From NCBI GenBank assembly GCA_963842085.1, contig CAWJET010000002.1, positions 32,001 through 96,000 on the forward strand: 64,000 bases of DNA, in the 5' to 3' direction. The translations under genes and the position numbers were made by a program. Below are positions 61,197 through 64,000 of this stretch, piece after piece (the stretch's first letter is position 1; the number at the start of each line of letters is the position of its first letter). This DNA comes from an uncultured delta proteobacterium (GTDB lineage: Bacteria > Desulfobacterota > Binatia > Binatales > Binataceae). The notes below the pieces were generated by a model. It worked only from the letters and a program-made list of their open reading frames with translations, was not told the DNA's origin and made no database searches.

Positions 61197-61994
61197 ATGG
61201 GCGTGAAGAAAAAAATCTCTCGCATGGTCGGGCTCACAGCCGACATCGTTAGAAGTACTCAAACTGCTTCAAGCGTAAACGTGAGTGCACCTACCGCCGG
61301 TTCTGACGAAATTTCGCGTCTCTGGAACTATGAATACGGACCTGCTCTGCGCGCCTGCCTTAGCCACGCTGAAGTGCTCGAGATTATCGGCGAAGCCAAA
61401 CGCAAGGCGTGGCCGCGGCTGAACCAGGATGCGGCTCGGCTCGGCTCCCTGCGTCAATTCGCCGAACGCGCGTCCCAGCTGGGTGCGGACTTTCGAATCG
61501 CCAGCATGCCGTGGCCGACGGGCCTCGCCGTGATGGGCTTCTACCTCGGCAAGGATTCCGGTTTGGAGAAACGTCCGCTCATCTGCGTCAACGGAGCCCA
61601 TCACCCGGCCGCTGTCGCCACTGCGTTCCTGCACGAACTTGGGCATCACGTCACTGCCGATCTCTTCTCCATGCGCAACGACATGGTTCAGCTTTCGCGG
61701 CAGACCGGCTATGAGGGGCACCTCAAAGCTCCGCGCGAACTCGCTGCCGATGTGCTCGTGAGCCTCGGCCTCTATCCGCAAGGCTTGGCCGTTAAATTGT
61801 TCGATATGGGAGCGGCTCGGAGGACCGCGGCTGGACTCGCGGAGTCGCCGGCCGCCGAGGCGGTGCTCGGCACGGCTCGCCGTTACGGCCTCGACTTCGA
61901 CAGCCAGCCGCTGCAGAAGAGGCTCCAGTATCAGGCTGGCCTCATCCATTTTACGAGACTGCGCCAAACCCTCCTCGAGGAGTACGGCTTGTAG
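61197..61994 (+). CDS. ImmA/IrrE-family zinc metallopeptidase-like protein without HTH
   Basis: GFY...PLICVN..HHP....AFLHELGHH ... ELAAD; TATAAT at 61168-61173. Confidence 0.75.
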   Translation: MGVKKKISRMVGLTADIVRSTQTASSVNVSAPTAGSDEISRLWNYEYGPALRACLSHAEVLEIIGEAKRKAWPRLNQDAARLGSLRQFAERASQLGADFRIASMPWPTGLAVMGFYLGKDSGLEKRPLICVNGAHHPAAVATAFLHELGHHVTADLFSMRNDMVQLSRQTGYEGHLKAPRELAADVLVSLGLYPQGLAVKLFDMGAARRTAAGLAESPAAEAVLGTARRYGLDFDSQPLQKRLQYQAGLIHFTRLRQTLLEEYGL

Positions 61995-62336
61995 CGCGAT
62001 CCTCCCACGGCCTCGCGTAAGACGGTCTTCTCTTTTTTCCGGAGCGCAGCTGACCGTCCCGGCCCCCCCAACGCTCGCCGGCCCGCAGCATCGCAGAATT
62101 GCGCACCTGCGGGAAGAGTTGCGATGTTCTGCTTTACGCAGATTTGACGAAAATCGCGTAAAGATTTTTCTCTCTGACTCCGCGAACTCGTCAATCCCAG
62201 CGCGACGCGCAGCTCCGATGGCCGCGCTCGCGCGTTCGCCGGTTGGCTCGACGCGACCGCTCTGGAACAGCGGAGCGCAGCACCGCTCTCTGACTGGCCG
62301 CAAAAAGTACGCGACCGTGATTGCGACGGCCTGCGC

Positions 62337-62397
62337 CGCACCTCACCCGTCGCTCACTTTCAGCGCGCGGCCGACCCCTCCTCGGACAAGGAGAAGT
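62337..62397. repeat. Degenerate REP-like element
   Basis: cctcacccg...ccgacccctcctcggacaaggagaag, similar to the 22804 element family. Confidence 0.4.
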
Positions 62398-62495
62398 AGC
62401 AGCAGGCATCTTTTTTTTTAACACTGGGTGCAGCGGCTGGCCCCTGCCCAGGGAAGTGTCAAACCCTCGGCGGGTTTCACATACGATTAAGTTCC

Positions 62496-62837
62496 TTAGC
62501 TTTCCGAACCGCTGAGTCCCAGCGCGGCGCGCAGCTTGCCCTTGAGCAACTGGATCAGCTCGACCTCCCAGCAGACGTAGTTGTCGGGAACGTCCAGCAC
62601 CACGACTTTTCCCGCGTGCGCTTCGCCGAAGCGGTCACGGATATGCCGCCGATGCGCCTCTTCCATCACGCAAATCACGTCCGCTTCCTCGACCAGTTCC
62701 AGGCTGACCCGGTTCTTCGCCCACGGCTCTGTACCTGCCGACGTAACCCACATCGGCGCGCACATTTCCGCCAGCACCATCGCGGCCGTCGGACTGCGAT
62801 CCATGTTGCCGGTGCAAACCATCAGCACCTTCTTCAT
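62496..62837 (-). CDS. Low-molecular-weight phosphatase-like protein
   Basis: VCTGNMDRS (CX5RS), SAGT, LDVPD. Confidence 0.88.
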   Translation of the reverse strand: MKKVLMVCTGNMDRSPTAAMVLAEMCAPMWVTSAGTEPWAKNRVSLELVEEADVICVMEEAHRRHIRDRFGEAHAGKVVVLDVPDNYVCWEVELIQLLKGKLRAALGLSGSES

Positions 62838-62847
62838 GATCGAAAGG

Positions 62848-64000
62848 CTACGCCAGCCCCAGTTCTTTCAGCGGCCCGCGATCGGATACCGGACGGCGCG
62901 CGGTTCCCGACGTCAGCTTGATCGACCCGGGCGTACGCTTGAGCGCGTCGACCAGGTCGATCGACTTCGCATGTTCTTTCAGCGCCGGAATTACCTCCTG
63001 CGCGATCAGCCGCATGCTGGTCTGCCGATCCTGGTTCGGCACCGGCCCCTGCACGCTGAAGATCACCAGCGACCCCGGCCGCAGCACGGTCAGGATAGCC
63101 TTCAACTTCGGGATCACCGACTTGGGAGTGCCGATCACCAGTTGTATCGCCTTCTGCGCTTTCTGATAGCCGGGAATCAGCTTCGCTCTGATAGCCGCCG
63201 GATCGATTTCGACGTCCTCGGTGTGCCCGCGCATTTTGTCGCCGCTGATTCCGAGCCAGCTCCCTTGCGGCTGATGCGCGAGTTTTCGAATCGCCTCCTT
63301 CGAGTTGTAGCCGGGCGGCAGCGTATGCTCGACGCGCGCGAATGAGTTCTGGCCGCCGCCGAACAGAAAATTCTTGCCCAGCTCCTGCGCCTTGTCTTCG
63401 GTCTCGGCCACGAAGGTCGGCAGCACGTAGCCGAAATTTTCCGAACCCGCTTCGTATCCGTGCCTGGCCGCTTCGTCCGCGTAGTAATCCCACAAATCGC
63501 AGGTCGGCCCGAGCGAGGTTCCCAAACCAAAATATGGATAGGCCTTTTCCGCGCACCATCGCACCGTCTCCGGGCTGAGCGTTCCCGGAATCCACATGGG
63601 CGGATGCGGTTTCTGATAGGGCAGGGCCCACGGATTCACGTGGCGGTAGTGAAAATGCTTGCCCTCGTAGCGCCACGGCCCCGGCCTGGTCCACGCCTGC
63701 ACGATAAAATCATGCGCCTCCTCGAACAGCTCGCGGTTGTACGCGGGATTGGCGTTGTTGAAGAACTGCTCGCTGCCCGCGCCTCGCACCCATCCTGAGA
63801 TCAGTCGCCCGCGCGAGATCAAATCGATCTCGGCCAGCTCCTCGGCCATGCGCAGCGGATGCTTGATCACCGGCAGCGGGTTGCCGATCAGCAGTATCCG
63901 CGCTTTCTTGCTGAGCCGCGCCAGGATGGCAGCCTCGACGTTCATCACGCTCCCCATGCAGAACGGATTACCGTGATGCTCATTCAACGCGATGATGTCG
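62848..64000 (-). CDS. LLM-class flavin-dependent oxidoreductase (5' end outside window)
   Basis: NEHH, PLRMAEELA.ID.ISRGR, PYQKPHPP.W. Confidence 0.92.
   Translation of the reverse strand, partial: DIIALNEHHGNPFCMGSVMNVEAAILARLSKKARILLIGNPLPVIKHPLRMAEELAEIDLISRGRLISGWVRGAGSEQFFNNANPAYNRELFEEAHDFIVQAWTRPGPWRYEGKHFHYRHVNPWALPYQKPHPPMWIPGTLSPETVRWCAEKAYPYFGLGTSLGPTCDLWDYYADEAARHGYEAGSENFGYVLPTFVAETEDKAQELGKNFLFGGGQNSFARVEHTLPPGYNSKEAIRKLAHQPQGSWLGISGDKMRGHTEDVEIDPAAIRAKLIPGYQKAQKAIQLVIGTPKSVIPKLKAILTVLRPGSLVIFSVQGPVPNQDRQTSMRLIAQEVIPALKEHAKSIDLVDALKRTPGSIKLTSGTARRPVSDRGPLKELGLA

Noticed and set aside
62000-62495. 500-bp intergenic region as ncRNA or small gene
   Set aside because: Only a degenerate REP-like piece; no convincing ORF, promoter or fold

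Overview
GC-rich bacterial chromosomal window. The gene-family mix (DUF1329, LLM oxidoreductase, SCP2-type thiolase, many small c-type cytochromes) is consistent with a soil Ca. Binatota/deltaproteobacterium-like organism; this is inference only. 1-19 kb is a low-oxygen/stress-type locus (P450, degenerate hemerythrin, HPF-CSD, USP/CBS, Rv2004c-like kinase, BCAM0308, sigma54 activator) around a porin-cytochrome c-GltD/DsrL-like flavoprotein-Rieske-cytochrome b-tetraheme c operon. 19-30 kb has DsbA, an SCP2-like gene followed by an intact and a ligand-less ferritin-like diiron protein, an ABC exporter, an NCS2 permease, a ROK kinase and tRNA-Ser(TGA). 30-45 kb is lipid/CoA catabolism (ThDP lyase, acyl-CoA dehydrogenase, CoA ligase, thiolase), SQR, amidase, FGGY kinase, an S1P-lyase-like enzyme, HisN and dodecin. 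45-50 kb holds an NtrC-type regulator, a kinase and a lipoprotein, followed by a sigma54 promoter and a candidate anti-Shine-Dalgarno sRNA. 50-64 kb has GH15, phosphonate catabolism genes, and a cassette of XRE, two MacB-type permeases, a desaturase, a LuxI/FeeM-like acyltransferase and an IrrE-like peptidase. No CRISPR array, rRNA, transposase or integrase was seen. Best candidates for undescribed systems: the acyltransferase-desaturase-IrrE/XRE cassette, the sigma54 sRNA module, the diiron alpha/pseudo-beta operon and the porin-bc-flavoprotein conduit. All protein calls come from motif recognition by eye; no database searches were run.
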